Sequence record: PQ015379.1 | DNA: 64,000 nt | Strand: one strand, 5' to 3' | Shown: piece after piece, positions 35,437 to 45,568 of the stretch | Layout of the letters: each line of letters starts with the position of its first letter | How positions within the stretch are numbered: the stretch's first letter is position 1 | The notes under the pieces: model-generated | What the model saw: the letters and a program-made list of their open reading frames with translations, nothing else | Database searches by the model: none | Told to the model about the DNA's origin: nothing | Position numbers and translations under genes: made by a program

Positions 35437-36612
35437 ATGAGTGCCCTTTGCGGAAAAATCAGGAAGCACTTTATGCAACTGAAAATGCAAAGGAAAAGCG
35501 AGGACAAGCGCGCTTACCAGATTCTGGTCAACGGCTGTTCCGCCACGTATTTGGAAATCGACGACTACCCGGATTTCGTGGCGGTTGAAGACGTGGTGAC
35601 GTTCGGGGCGCACAGGCGCAAAGGTTACATGCGCCAGAAACTGCGCGACGTACGCAAACGCGAGAAACGCGAAATGCGGTTGCTGGTTTACCCGGACAAC
35701 GAAGCGGCGATCAACCTGTACAAATCGGTCGGTTTCCACTTCACGAAAAACGCACGCTACCGCGAGTCGCTGATATCACGCTGCGTAGATCCAACAGACG
35801 CGCAACTTTTGGCCAAGCTGCCTGAAATGGTTTGGGCCGCACCGCAACTTGGAGGAAACATGAAACTCAAGGATTTGGAAGAAATTTTCAAAGGCTACAC
35901 CGTCCACTTCGACGAACTGGGTGTTGACGTGTATCAGCCAAATGGCGGTAAGCATGTTGGCTCTGTGTTGTACACGCACGGCACCGGCTGCGAAGTGGTT
36001 TCGGTTCGCCGCGCATCGGCCATCGAAAAACGGAGCGCGCCGTTTTTCCGTGTTGCTGAAATTTGCAGTTTCCGGGGCGCCAGCGAACTGGCTGACCAGA
36101 TGGATAACGAACGTCGCCTGCAAGGCAAACGCCCATGCTCGCCGCGCACCATCAACAACGAATTCAAAGCCGTGAAGGCCGTCGATTTCGAAGAGGGTGT
36201 GAAAATGTTGGTTGTGTGGCTCGGCGTTTTGTTTGGCGACCACACCGGTTTCGCACGGGAACATTACAAGCAGCTTACGACCCCGGCGAAAACGCATTAC
36301 CGCTTTGCGTTGCGTGCCCGTGAATCCATCGTGGCACCGGCAGAACCTGATCACGATTCCACGGCCCCTGAAACGCCGCCTGTGGCGAGTTTGGCGCGTA
36401 CCTTTGCCCAGCGGCAGGCCGAACGCGAAACCTCTTCAAAACGCACCGTATGGGGCGCAGAAGACGACGCAATCATGGCGCTGGTGATGGACGAACACAA
36501 AAAGCTGTCGGATCGTGTGGCGCAGTTGCACAGCGCACGCGGTAGCCGAATCTCGATTCCTGAGTTCGACCGGCGCCGGGCAGCCGAAGGTAAATCGGTA
36601 TACGAGCGGTGA
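35437..36612 (+). CDS. GNAT acetyltransferase domain fused in-frame to an unknown C-terminal protein (internal start 35860)
   Basis: HRRKGYM...LLVYPDNEAAINLYKSVGF; GGAGGAAAC-ATG at 35851-35862. Confidence 0.75.
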   Translation: MSALCGKIRKHFMQLKMQRKSEDKRAYQILVNGCSATYLEIDDYPDFVAVEDVVTFGAHRRKGYMRQKLRDVRKREKREMRLLVYPDNEAAINLYKSVGFHFTKNARYRESLISRCVDPTDAQLLAKLPEMVWAAPQLGGNMKLKDLEEIFKGYTVHFDELGVDVYQPNGGKHVGSVLYTHGTGCEVVSVRRASAIEKRSAPFFRVAEICSFRGASELADQMDNERRLQGKRPCSPRTINNEFKAVKAVDFEEGVKMLVVWLGVLFGDHTGFAREHYKQLTTPAKTHYRFALRARESIVAPAEPDHDSTAPETPPVASLARTFAQRQAERETSSKRTVWGAEDDAIMALVMDEHKKLSDRVAQLHSARGSRISIPEFDRRRAAEGKSVYER

Positions 36613-36770
36613 CGTTCACGTATTACCTGTTTCGAAATCTGGCGATTGCGTGTCTGCCGTTTCTTTCGGTCGGCACGCTTTCACACCAGCAGCAACTGGC
36701 GATTGGCGCCGCCGTTTTTATCTGCGCCGGGCTTTCAGGATTAGCAAAATGCGCAAATCGCAATCAGTGA
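36609..36770 (+). CDS. small membrane peptide (53 aa)
   Basis: GTGA overlap upstream, TGATG overlap downstream. Confidence 0.55.
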   Translation: MTFTYYLFRNLAIACLPFLSVGTLSHQQQLAIGAAVFICAGLSGLAKCANRNQ

Positions 36771-37219
36771 TGTTTGTAAAAACCCAAACCACCAACGCCG
36801 TTTCCGTAGCACTGGCCCGCATGCTGGGCTACGAGCCGTACCCTGACGGCGAATGGCGCTACAAAGGCGACACCGCAATCGGCTGCATGTACCGCCCGAT
36901 TAAACCTGCGCCCGGTATCGAATTCGATAACCGTTGCCCTACCACCTTCGATCCGTTCCGCGAAGGTGTAGACACCATGGCCGTGCAATCGCTGTTGGCC
37001 ATTTCCACCAAGTTCGAATCCATCGGTGGCCAGCGCTACGTGAATGCTTCCAACGCTGAATATTCGGTGCGTGTTGCTGTTCCCAAAAGCGAACATCACC
37101 GGGGCGCAGCGACCGCGATTCAGGCGGCAATCATGGCGGTGGCAATGCTGTATGTTGAAAACACGTTTGGTATCGCTTACGTGCCTGACGAACTCCGCGA
37201 AATCGAATGCGAGGAATAA
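36770..37219 (+). CDS. phage protein, possibly NinX/DUF2591 (ABA-sandwich)-like
   Basis: VALARMLGY...FDPF...A pattern; start reassigned to MFVKTQ. Confidence 0.45.
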   Translation: MFVKTQTTNAVSVALARMLGYEPYPDGEWRYKGDTAIGCMYRPIKPAPGIEFDNRCPTTFDPFREGVDTMAVQSLLAISTKFESIGGQRYVNASNAEYSVRVAVPKSEHHRGAATAIQAAIMAVAMLYVENTFGIAYVPDELREIECEE

Positions 37220-37225
37220 CTGTAA

Positions 37226-37585
37226 ATGCAACTTACTGACCCACGCGGCAACCTTGTCGCCAACTGGACCATCGAACAGTTTTTGTTGGTGCAGAAATTC
37301 GCCATGCAAGGCCCCGGCCATCCCGTAGACGGTCGCATCGTGGCGATGGAAATCGGCCAGCAAATCGAAGTGCAGTTGAATGACGTGGAAAGCCAACTGC
37401 ATGACGCGCACCACAATCTGCTGTTTCTGTTCAACCACGTGCAGCATTTCGACGAACACGCCCAGCTGCATCAAGCCGGGCTGTTGATTTCGCTGCTGCG
37501 TGATCGCCTCATGCGTTCGCAGTTACCCGGTTTCACCAAGCTGATTTGCAAGATCGAAGAAAACGAGTACGACCCGGAAATCTAA
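37226..37585 (+). CDS. hypothetical protein
   Basis: RBS GAGGA. Confidence 0.75.
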   Translation: MQLTDPRGNLVANWTIEQFLLVQKFAMQGPGHPVDGRIVAMEIGQQIEVQLNDVESQLHDAHHNLLFLFNHVQHFDEHAQLHQAGLLISLLRDRLMRSQLPGFTKLICKIEENEYDPEI

Positions 37586-37609
37586 ATTGGCACAACGAGG
37601 AATTTGACG

Positions 37610-37927
37610 ATGATTTTCAAACTGCACTGCGAGAAAGAAAAGTTCAGCAACTTGCTGGCTTCGTCCGAGGTGGAAGCCCTCAAGAAATTCACCGACCATG
37701 CGATGTTCAAGATTGCACCCGGCCAGCGCATCGAAATGCCGCTATCCATGTTTCTGGATGCGTTCAGTAGCATGTATCGCACCTTGGTCTACGAGGCCAC
37801 GCAGCACGACCGCGTTGCCGCGAGGCTGGCAATTCACGAAACCATCGTTTCTCTGTTGAAATTCGTGGATGCTATCCACTCGACAATCATGCTCGGTTAT
37901 ATGATGGTGTGGGAGTGTGACCAATGA
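37610..37927 (+). CDS. hypothetical protein
   Basis: RBS GAGGA. Confidence 0.7.
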   Translation: MIFKLHCEKEKFSNLLASSEVEALKKFTDHAMFKIAPGQRIEMPLSMFLDAFSSMYRTLVYEATQHDRVAARLAIHETIVSLLKFVDAIHSTIMLGYMMVWECDQ

Positions 37928-38613
37928 CCGGCCAAAAAATCATCGTCGATTTGTCGGCGGGCGGCTGGATCAAAGACGGCAAGCCGCATAGCTTTTTCAG
38001 TTCCAACGTTGGCCACATGTACGAACACCGCAAAGAACTTCTGGCCAAGGCCCCAAACTTCACTGGCTACCCGTTCAACTTCTACGGCGCGTCGTTCATC
38101 GAGGGCACGCCTGACGAACTGCAAACGTTCTTCGAAGCTTTCGTCGAAGAGTACGACGAAGAATCGACGGTTCGCGAAGTGCAAAGCATCATGGGGGCCG
38201 TGGCGCGTTTAGAACCGCTGATTCGCTGCTATCGCCACGTGTGGCCGGATCGCTACCCGGACGAACTGAAAGATTCGGTGATGCTCGCACGCTGCGCACA
38301 GGTGCTGTCGCATGAGGACCGTTTCTCGCATGGGCACCTGATTTGCGAGCGCGATCAGTTCAAGCAATATTGCCTGTGGGAAGTCGAATCTTTCCGCGTG
38401 CAAAAAGATCGTATTTCCATCGTGCACATCAACGAGTTTTGCCGCGATGTGAAGTACAAAGAAATCGGATTCGCGTGGGCATCCGACAAGGCGCCAGAAG
38501 GCCCCGATTTGGATCGCCTGTGGGCCTGCCTGCAAAAGGTCGCGGATCGCTACGACGAAACGCTGGCGTGGTTCGAACGGGCCATCAGCGAAGATCCACG
38601 CTACCACCAGTAA
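37924..38613 (+). CDS. hypothetical protein
   Basis: ATGA overlap. Confidence 0.8.
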   Translation: MTGQKIIVDLSAGGWIKDGKPHSFFSSNVGHMYEHRKELLAKAPNFTGYPFNFYGASFIEGTPDELQTFFEAFVEEYDEESTVREVQSIMGAVARLEPLIRCYRHVWPDRYPDELKDSVMLARCAQVLSHEDRFSHGHLICERDQFKQYCLWEVESFRVQKDRISIVHINEFCRDVKYKEIGFAWASDKAPEGPDLDRLWACLQKVADRYDETLAWFERAISEDPRYHQ

Positions 38614-38623
38614 CGGACACACC

Positions 38624-39085
38624 ATGGCAAATCTAACCGGCTACGTTTCGCTCGATTACTTCGATGAAGTTGAAAAGTGTAAACAGCAGAAAGAGTGGGG
38701 CCACATCCGCGACGTGCGCGATACCAAACGCGACCGTGATGTAATGTCACCCGACGGCATCGTTTACTACGGCCAACGCATCGTGAGCAAAGACGGGTCG
38801 GTTAGATTTGCTGGTGCGAAATGGCAGACTGAATTGCTGTTGCCCTTTGCCGGGTTCGAAGTTGGCCTGATGGTTTGGGATTATTGGATCAGCAAAATCT
38901 GCTGCTACCGGCCCCACTATCCGACCGGGCGTCACATGTTCGATATTTATAGCGAATGTGAGGGCGACCGTGAACGGAACAATGAACGCCTGTTGCTCGA
39001 AGAACGCATTCAGGAACTCAACGAAATGACTGGCGGGCCATTCATCAAAATGCCCGGCCTAAAAATGGTTAAGGGCAGGGAATGA
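38624..39085 (+). CDS. hypothetical protein
   Basis: Tiles. Confidence 0.75.
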   Translation: MANLTGYVSLDYFDEVEKCKQQKEWGHIRDVRDTKRDRDVMSPDGIVYYGQRIVSKDGSVRFAGAKWQTELLLPFAGFEVGLMVWDYWISKICCYRPHYPTGRHMFDIYSECEGDRERNNERLLLEERIQELNEMTGGPFIKMPGLKMVKGRE

Positions 39086-39576
39086 GCGACGTTAAATTCA
39101 AAGATTTGCGGCAAGGCATCACGATCTACACCGTGAACGGCTACGACCCTCTGTGCAAATCCACGGACGGCCATCAATGGCATTTCGGGGTCAAGCGGCA
39201 TTTCGTGACCGGCAAGCCCTACATGCACCCCACGGTCAAAGCATGGGCCGTACCGACGCGCTGCCTTGATTGGGCAGGTAATTGGTCAGAAGACAAAATC
39301 TTCTTGAACACTTACAACGTGCGTCACAAAGAACTGCGCAAATGGCCTGCTACTAACCACGCATGTTTTCACACGGCACGCGCAGCCGAACGCTACGGGA
39401 AACGCTTTGCAGCCGGTTGCATGACGGCCCGCGAATGGGAACACGCACACCACTGGAAAGAAAGCCGCGAAGAGATGCGCAGGCAGTGGGCAGAAAATGA
39501 CCGCTACCTGTATGAAGCGGAACTGGAATCGCAGGAATTCGAGGAACACGACGATGGGCCAAGTAATCGGTTTTAA
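39082..39576 (+). CDS. hypothetical protein
   Basis: ATGA overlap. Confidence 0.75.
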   Translation: MSDVKFKDLRQGITIYTVNGYDPLCKSTDGHQWHFGVKRHFVTGKPYMHPTVKAWAVPTRCLDWAGNWSEDKIFLNTYNVRHKELRKWPATNHACFHTARAAERYGKRFAAGCMTAREWEHAHHWKESREEMRRQWAENDRYLYEAELESQEFEEHDDGPSNRF

Positions 39577-39985
39577 ACAGGGCCTCACGGGGCCGATGGA
39601 AAGCGGGCGAGTAATGCCGCATCAAATCGAAATCGGTATGCACCTTTTTCGTGTGGTGGCCCCCGGTGGCAAATTGCCGTGGGTCGATGAAATTCGGGTG
39701 AAGACCCGACCCAGCGTTACAGGGTCCAATGGCGAACAAGCCTTCACCGGCTGCGCCGTGCGTGACGGTAAAGTGCAGCGTTTCGAGAACTACGTTTCGT
39801 TGCGCGATATCGGCGTGATTATCAACGGCTACAACATGTCGTTGACGTTCCATAAGCGCGAAGACGCCGAGGCCTACCGCGACCGGCTGATGCGCCAAGA
39901 ATTCACGGTGTTTGAGCACACCCGCTGGACCAAAGTAATCAAACGCAATCTCGACAAATTTCTCAACGGGAAGAGCACGAAATGA
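39554..39985 (+). CDS. hypothetical protein
   Basis: RBS GAGGA before MGQVIG. Confidence 0.7.
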   Translation: MGQVIGFKQGLTGPMESGRVMPHQIEIGMHLFRVVAPGGKLPWVDEIRVKTRPSVTGSNGEQAFTGCAVRDGKVQRFENYVSLRDIGVIINGYNMSLTFHKREDAEAYRDRLMRQEFTVFEHTRWTKVIKRNLDKFLNGKSTK

Positions 39986-40635
39986 GCGCTAAAGAAATTG
40001 GTAGTCACGTGTGGGTTTTCTGGCCGGATAACGTGGGTGCTTTCATGTACCCGTTCTATAGTGTGCTGTCGAACTTTGCCGAGGTGGAAAAATTCCCGGC
40101 CATTCAGTTCCGCAAATTGACCGTGACCGAACATCACCGGGTGCGTGGCGAGTACGATTCGAACGACGCCGAACCGCAATACGACGGTTATGTGCTGACC
40201 GACGAAAAAGGCACGGTGTGGCACAACCAATACCCGTACGCGAAACTCGGCGGCCAGTTGTCGAACGGCCTTGGCCACATTTACGAAATCACCGAAAACT
40301 GTGAAGAGGGCGCGCAGCTTTTGGAGTGGATGCGGGCTGACGAAAAAGAAGCACGCGGCGCCTCGCCTACCCCGGCCTCGATGGCGCTACTGATTAGCGA
40401 ACTGGTGGAAATGCGCCGCGACCTGCACACGCTGGAAACCGGCGAAGGCATTTTCGGAATGGCGCGGGATAAAAACCCGGAACGTGCGGCAAAACTTCGC
40501 GCATGGATCGACCATATTCTCGATTCGTTCGGTCGCCAAACTGGGCTGTCCGTGATCGAAGAGCCGGACCCGATTCGCGAACTGCGCGGCTGGTATCGCT
40601 TCCGCATCGAAGAGGGCGCGGCCAGTGAAGCGTGA
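39982..40635 (+). CDS. hypothetical protein
   Basis: ATGA overlap. Confidence 0.8.
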   Translation: MSAKEIGSHVWVFWPDNVGAFMYPFYSVLSNFAEVEKFPAIQFRKLTVTEHHRVRGEYDSNDAEPQYDGYVLTDEKGTVWHNQYPYAKLGGQLSNGLGHIYEITENCEEGAQLLEWMRADEKEARGASPTPASMALLISELVEMRRDLHTLETGEGIFGMARDKNPERAAKLRAWIDHILDSFGRQTGLSVIEEPDPIRELRGWYRFRIEEGAASEA

Positions 40636-40816
40636 AATGCAGGTTGCAGCCGACGACAGTTACGACGCGTGCAACTACAACCAAGCGCGCTTTCTGGAAC
40701 TGATGAAAGAAAAGGGTTATCCCGCTGATCACCCTGATCTGCAATGGCTTTTGAACAACTGGGAATTCGACGACGCCGGTCCGTGGAAAAAGGAAAACGA
40801 CCCCGACCGGATCTGA
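40625..40816 (+). CDS. small acidic protein
   Basis: Tiles. Confidence 0.6.
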   Translation: MKREMQVAADDSYDACNYNQARFLELMKEKGYPADHPDLQWLLNNWEFDDAGPWKKENDPDRI

Positions 40817-41123
40817 ATCGGAACTGACGGAAATTAGAGGAATTTGACGTGAACAAAATGCGAAATCATCTTTCGAGTTTCAGCGGCCAAGCAATTCAAG
40901 GTGCCCGTGACGTGGTAAGCAGTAGCTTTTACCTCGCTACCGGCACCGGCCCTGAACTCTGCCTCGTAGCGCAAATGGAAAGGCGTATCACCAAAGGCTT
41001 TGCCAAGCATGCAAAAGCCTTCCGCAAACAGCGCGTTTCTATCGCGGTTCCTTGATGTATTTCTCGTAGGCATCAGTGTGGGTGCCTACTGTAAATACAT
41101 CGTGGACCCAAAGGAACGACACC

Positions 41124-41420
41124 ATGACTTCCAACACCGAAGAAAAATGTAAACACGGACAACGCAAACGGCGCTGCGGCGTCTGCGCCCTGACCTGCCC
41201 GCACGGCGTGGATTTCCATGCTGACGAAAACGCATATTGTGAAGCGTGCGAAGAGGACGCTGATCGCCGCGAACAGGCCGAACTCGATGCCGAGGATAGC
41301 CATTGCGAACACGGCGTTTACGAATCCGATTGCCACGTATGCGGGGCCGCCACTGATCGTTTGATCGAACAGACGGAACAGCAGCGTGATTGGAACCACT
41401 GGCACCCTGCCGAGGAATAA
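41124..41420 (+). CDS. protein with three CxHG...CxxC repeats
   Basis: CKHGQRKRRCGVC; CPHGVDFHADENAYCEAC; CEHGVYESDCHVC. Confidence 0.75.
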   Translation: MTSNTEEKCKHGQRKRRCGVCALTCPHGVDFHADENAYCEACEEDADRREQAELDAEDSHCEHGVYESDCHVCGAATDRLIEQTEQQRDWNHWHPAEE

Positions 41421-41422
41421 AC

Positions 41423-41851
41423 ATGGTCGCCGTGATTGATACGTTTAGCCGTACCTACGATTACCATCGGTTGCCCATTCGAAAAGGGTTCGGCCCCGAT
41501 GGGGAATCGCTGGAAGATTTCCTAGAGCATTTCCGAAACGATTACTACCCGGAAACCCGCATCGCATTTGCTGATCCCGGTTTGGTTTGGCAGGGCTGCC
41601 AGTACGACGGCTTTGTGTGCATCGGCATTTTCTGGATTCACACGCTGACCGAACACGGCACGGCGCATCAGGCGGTCGGTATCATCCACGGCAATGTACA
41701 CCACATGGAACATGCGGCCTTGCGCTGGCTGCGTGAGCACCGGCAAAAGAACCCGGATAATTCCGGACGCTGGCCAGAAGTTACGGCGCCTGCCCCGTAC
41801 GACCACTGCGTGGTTTCGCCTGTGTTGATTCCAAGCGAAGGGATGCTGTAA
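41423..41851 (+). CDS. hypothetical protein
   Basis: RBS GAGGA. Confidence 0.7.
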   Translation: MVAVIDTFSRTYDYHRLPIRKGFGPDGESLEDFLEHFRNDYYPETRIAFADPGLVWQGCQYDGFVCIGIFWIHTLTEHGTAHQAVGIIHGNVHHMEHAALRWLREHRQKNPDNSGRWPEVTAPAPYDHCVVSPVLIPSEGML

Positions 41852-42174
41852 TGGGCGGATCTTTCGGGGGCATGATGATGCGCGTTGCAAACAGCCTCGG
41901 CATGGGGTTGCCCGTGTACGACGCACCGCGCAAATCGAAGCGCAAAAGCTGGGCGCAGCGTGTCGAAGAAGAAACCGAAAACGAGCTTTGGCAAATCCGG
42001 CAGGATCGCGTGAACAACCGCGACAAAGCTGTAAATGTTTTCAAGCATCGTTTGCTTGATCACTACGACCAGTTCTATGCGGCTGGATTGGTGAAGCCGG
42101 GCGACACGCTGATGCAAATTATCTGCCGCGCCCAAGGCGTCCCATACCGCAAGAAAAGGAAACGGAAATCTTGA
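41851..42174 (+). CDS. hypothetical protein
   Basis: TAATG overlap. Confidence 0.7.
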   Translation: MGGSFGGMMMRVANSLGMGLPVYDAPRKSKRKSWAQRVEEETENELWQIRQDRVNNRDKAVNVFKHRLLDHYDQFYAAGLVKPGDTLMQIICRAQGVPYRKKRKRKS

Positions 42175-42431
42175 TTTACTTCACCGCGTTTTGCCTGACG
42201 TTCGTTTACGTTTTCCTGAAAGGTTTTCAGTACAAAAACGTGGTGCATAACAAATGGCTTGGGATGTTCACCACGTCGTACATCATGAACGTGTTCGAAG
42301 TGCTACAGGTCGGCGCCTACGCAAAGATCACGCTTCAGGGCGATTGGTGGTACGCAATAGTTTCCGGAACAGCCGCTGCATTCTCCATCGTGCTCGCCAC
42401 GTGGACCCACAACAAAATGTACAAGCACTAA
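42171..42431 (+). CDS. small multi-TM membrane protein
   Basis: Three hydrophobic segments. Confidence 0.7.
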   Translation: MIYFTAFCLTFVYVFLKGFQYKNVVHNKWLGMFTTSYIMNVFEVLQVGAYAKITLQGDWWYAIVSGTAAAFSIVLATWTHNKMYKH

Positions 42432-42459
42432 CAAGCACCATTACGAAGGATCGCGACAA

Positions 42460-43347
42460 ATGCGCCAACAGAAGCCAGTTTTCAACGAAGCGTTTCACAA
42501 TTTTGCAGACACGCTATTGGCCAAATTCCAGAACAACGAAAATCCAACACTTCGCCTGTCGCGGGAACAGTTGATCGGCGTGGCCCGCGACTTCGGGTTC
42601 TATCCGCTGAACTCGGTGCTGACTCGTTCGCTTCGTGAAATCATGGGCGAGAAAGGTTACAAGATTCAAATCGGTGCGCAGTGGGTTTTCATCAGCCGTA
42701 AAGCCGTAACCAACGTCGATCCCGAGCAGTGGCCAGCCCTGATCGAGAACATCTGTAAATGTCTGGATAAGCGTTGGATGGAATCGGGTGAAAAGCACAT
42801 CCGCTTGACGCCCGCGCAGTTCCGCAACGTGGCGACCATCTGGCCCGATGATAATCCCCAGTTCAACGAACGTTGCGTAGAGGCCATGGCGAACATTGGC
42901 TACACCCTGACGTTCCGCGTTAATTACATCGACGTGCGCCCCAAGGGCACCGAAAGCAAACCCGGCAAAAAGCCGCGTGATTTGCACAAACAGGAACCGG
43001 CTCGAATTCGTGTCATGAACGGTCGCCAGTTCCTGCCTATCGCGCTGAAGGGCCGCCGTGTAGGTTGGCGCCAAGGTTTCAGCCACGCCCTGTTGATCAA
43101 CGCGCAGTTGCCCATGGGCCAGCAAGCGGCGTTGACCAATTCGGTGTTGATGGTTCCGGACGCGGTAGTCGATTGCAACGGCGCGGTATTGACCAACGTT
43201 GCGCTTTTCAACGGCGACGTTTTGCTGGTCAACGAAGCGGCTCTGTTGCAGGTGAAAGGCGGTTCGCTGTTGGATGCTCAAACCGGGCACCAGCACGCGC
43301 TGGCCATCCACGCGATTCCTCTGCAAAAGGATTCGAGTAATGCATGA
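42460..43347 (+). CDS. hypothetical protein (295 aa)
   Basis: RBS AAGGA. Confidence 0.8.
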   Translation: MRQQKPVFNEAFHNFADTLLAKFQNNENPTLRLSREQLIGVARDFGFYPLNSVLTRSLREIMGEKGYKIQIGAQWVFISRKAVTNVDPEQWPALIENICKCLDKRWMESGEKHIRLTPAQFRNVATIWPDDNPQFNERCVEAMANIGYTLTFRVNYIDVRPKGTESKPGKKPRDLHKQEPARIRVMNGRQFLPIALKGRRVGWRQGFSHALLINAQLPMGQQAALTNSVLMVPDAVVDCNGAVLTNVALFNGDVLLVNEAALLQVKGGSLLDAQTGHQHALAIHAIPLQKDSSNA

Positions 43348-43729
43348 CCGCTCGGTAAATGGTCTGCTGTTTTTGTGCGTGTTGGTCGTGGTGTTTTCCA
43401 ATCTGGTCGCGTACCAAATTGTGAATGGTGAACTGAGCCTGCATTGGCTATGGGCCGTCGTGTTCATGATCCTGCAAATGGGGTTCGCCATAATCAGCCA
43501 TTCCCTCGACCGGCCCGTTCTGGAAAACACGTTTGGTCGTCTGTACGTCCGGTTCAAAATGTCACACGACTGGATCTACATCACGGACCCCAAGGGAAAT
43601 CGAAACAACGTGATTTTCAGTTTCGGTTTCATCGAAAAAGATGGCATCGACGCCCGGTGTTGGAATCTGGTCTGTCTAGCCTTCGCCTTCAGCATCGGTG
43701 TACTACCGAAAAGGAATAAACGGAAATGA
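43340..43729 (+). CDS. membrane protein
   Basis: Two N-terminal TM helices. Confidence 0.7.
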   Translation: MHDRSVNGLLFLCVLVVVFSNLVAYQIVNGELSLHWLWAVVFMILQMGFAIISHSLDRPVLENTFGRLYVRFKMSHDWIYITDPKGNRNNVIFSFGFIEKDGIDARCWNLVCLAFAFSIGVLPKRNKRK

Positions 43730-44124
43730 AGAAATACGAATTGCATGATATCGTCGCGTATTTCGAGGACCGTGGCCGCGACATTGATCGCCACCAAGAA
43801 ATGGCCGACGCCGCTGAAGCCGCTTTCAAAGGCCTGTTCAATCACGCGTGTGATTTCGCGCTTGGCTTCGACCCGTATTATACCGACCGCGAACTGGCGA
43901 ATATCGGGACCGAGGGCCAGCGTGGTGAGCCGGATCAAATCCGGGCCGCGCATTTCCTGTTCAACGAAGACGGGGCGTTACGTGAGTGGCTGAAGAATTA
44001 TCTGGAACGCATGCGCTTCGACAATGCGCCGTCGCTCGGTTCCGATCTGGCCACCCTGTATTTCGGCGTTGAAATGACGCGAATCACCGACCGCCGTTAC
44101 ACCGCCGTTTACGCGTGGAAATAA
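43726..44124 (+). CDS. hypothetical protein
   Basis: ATGA overlap. Confidence 0.75.
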   Translation: MKKYELHDIVAYFEDRGRDIDRHQEMADAAEAAFKGLFNHACDFALGFDPYYTDRELANIGTEGQRGEPDQIRAAHFLFNEDGALREWLKNYLERMRFDNAPSLGSDLATLYFGVEMTRITDRRYTAVYAWK

Positions 44125-44127
44125 AAA

Positions 44128-44619
44128 ATGCCAGTTGCAGAAAAAGGATTCATCACTACACTAGAGCCGATGCGCCTGCGGATGCTGCGCCGCCGGTATG
44201 GTGAAATGGAATTCAGCGAAGTGGTTGAACTCGCTGAGCAGGCCGAGAACTTTCTTGAGCCAATGACCGTATTCGATCCCGCGTGGAAAAAGTTCACGCA
44301 GGACCGGCGCACGTGGTGGGAATATGCGTGGTTGCTTTCGTGTGAGGCCGACCGTTTTTGTCCGTCTGATCCGCATGTGAAATATCGTGGTTTCTTGATC
44401 GGTTATCCGGCGAAGCAACCACACGTTGACGGCCAGACGTTCCGTGAATGGTTGAACCAGCGCCCGGAAGACGTTACCGAAGAATGGCAGGCGTGGTTGC
44501 CTGTGTACTTGCGCCCTGACGAAGTGTGCGCATATGCCGCCAAGATTTACCACAAACAGCGTGGCGTTGACGGCCACCTGCGCAATTTCGAAATCATGGA
44601 AATTCCGGTGGAGGATTGA
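44128..44619 (+). CDS. hypothetical protein
   Basis: Tiles. Confidence 0.75.
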   Translation: MPVAEKGFITTLEPMRLRMLRRRYGEMEFSEVVELAEQAENFLEPMTVFDPAWKKFTQDRRTWWEYAWLLSCEADRFCPSDPHVKYRGFLIGYPAKQPHVDGQTFREWLNQRPEDVTEEWQAWLPVYLRPDEVCAYAAKIYHKQRGVDGHLRNFEIMEIPVED

Positions 44620-44622
44620 ACA

Positions 44623-45321
44623 ATGGGAATGCTTGATGATGCTTACATCGAACGCCGCACCGAACAAGACGGTGTAAAAATCTTCTACTTCGCTGCGCAT
44701 GCTGGGGCGCATATCGCGAGTGCGGCTGCGTCGGCTTTGGGCCAGATGTTCTACAAGGCCGAGAAATACGGCAACGATAAGGTGGCGGGCTTCATCGAAT
44801 TCAACGATTTGATGGTGCCGCTAAAAGAAGGCGACAAACCTGAAGACGTTCATGCCGAATACAAGCGCATGAGCGACGAACGCCGTGCCCAGTACGAAAA
44901 GACCGACGAATTCAAACGTCGCGAGCAAGAGGCGGCACAGCGTGCGGTCGCCAATCAGGTCAAGCTGAACGAAACTGTAAACAAGATCGAGGCCCTGTGT
45001 GCCGACTGGTCGAAACGTTCACAGCTGCAACCGAACGGGCAGGAAGGCGCTGATCTGTTTGGCTTGCTAATCACCTACATCGACGCAGCCGATTATATCG
45101 GTGTTGAGAAACACGCGGACCGGGTACGCATAGCACTCGAAAGCGTAGGGTACTGGAAAAACCAATATTCGGACCCACGGACTTTCGGTCCCGAAGGCTC
45201 GATTCAACACCAAGCAAAATACCGCGCCTATGCGGCTGGGATGATCCTCAACATGATTGGCATGATCAATCCACATTTAGGCCCAAAAATCGAAGAATGG
45301 GAACTGCATCTGCTGCACTGA
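44623..45321 (+). CDS. hypothetical protein
   Basis: RBS GGAGG. Confidence 0.8.
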   Translation: MGMLDDAYIERRTEQDGVKIFYFAAHAGAHIASAAASALGQMFYKAEKYGNDKVAGFIEFNDLMVPLKEGDKPEDVHAEYKRMSDERRAQYEKTDEFKRREQEAAQRAVANQVKLNETVNKIEALCADWSKRSQLQPNGQEGADLFGLLITYIDAADYIGVEKHADRVRIALESVGYWKNQYSDPRTFGPEGSIQHQAKYRAYAAGMILNMIGMINPHLGPKIEEWELHLLH

Positions 45322-45349
45322 AATGTAACGCGGACAGAGTGAGGAAAAA

Positions 45350-45568
45350 ATGACGGAACGTTCTTATGAAATTCGTGATGGGCGACACGAACCGCGCCTG
45401 CATCACAATATCGGGACCGCGATCACGCAAGCAGTCGAAGACTTGCCTGCCGGTACGGTCGGAAAATTTGGACTGGACGACGTTCGCTTCGTCGAGTTCA
45501 CCAACCAAGACCGGCCCCGTGATGTGTGGGAACGGCTTATGGAAAAGTTGAACGAGGAACAAACCTAA
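45350..45568 (+). CDS. small protein
   Basis: RBS GAGGA. Confidence 0.7.
   Translation: MTERSYEIRDGRHEPRLHHNIGTAITQAVEDLPAGTVGKFGLDDVRFVEFTNQDRPRDVWERLMEKLNEEQT

Noticed and set aside
36515-36769. N-terminal extension of the 234-aa ORF in the track
   Set aside because: It overlaps the end of the GNAT-fusion gene and a coupled 53-aa membrane ORF; the start at 36770 (TGATG coupling) is more plausible.
40844-41055. Possible extra promoter TTGACG-17-CATCTT and ORF 40849-41055
   Set aside because: It overlaps an RBS/start, lacks the hairpin and leader motif, and the ORF has atypical codon usage; there is insufficient support for either.
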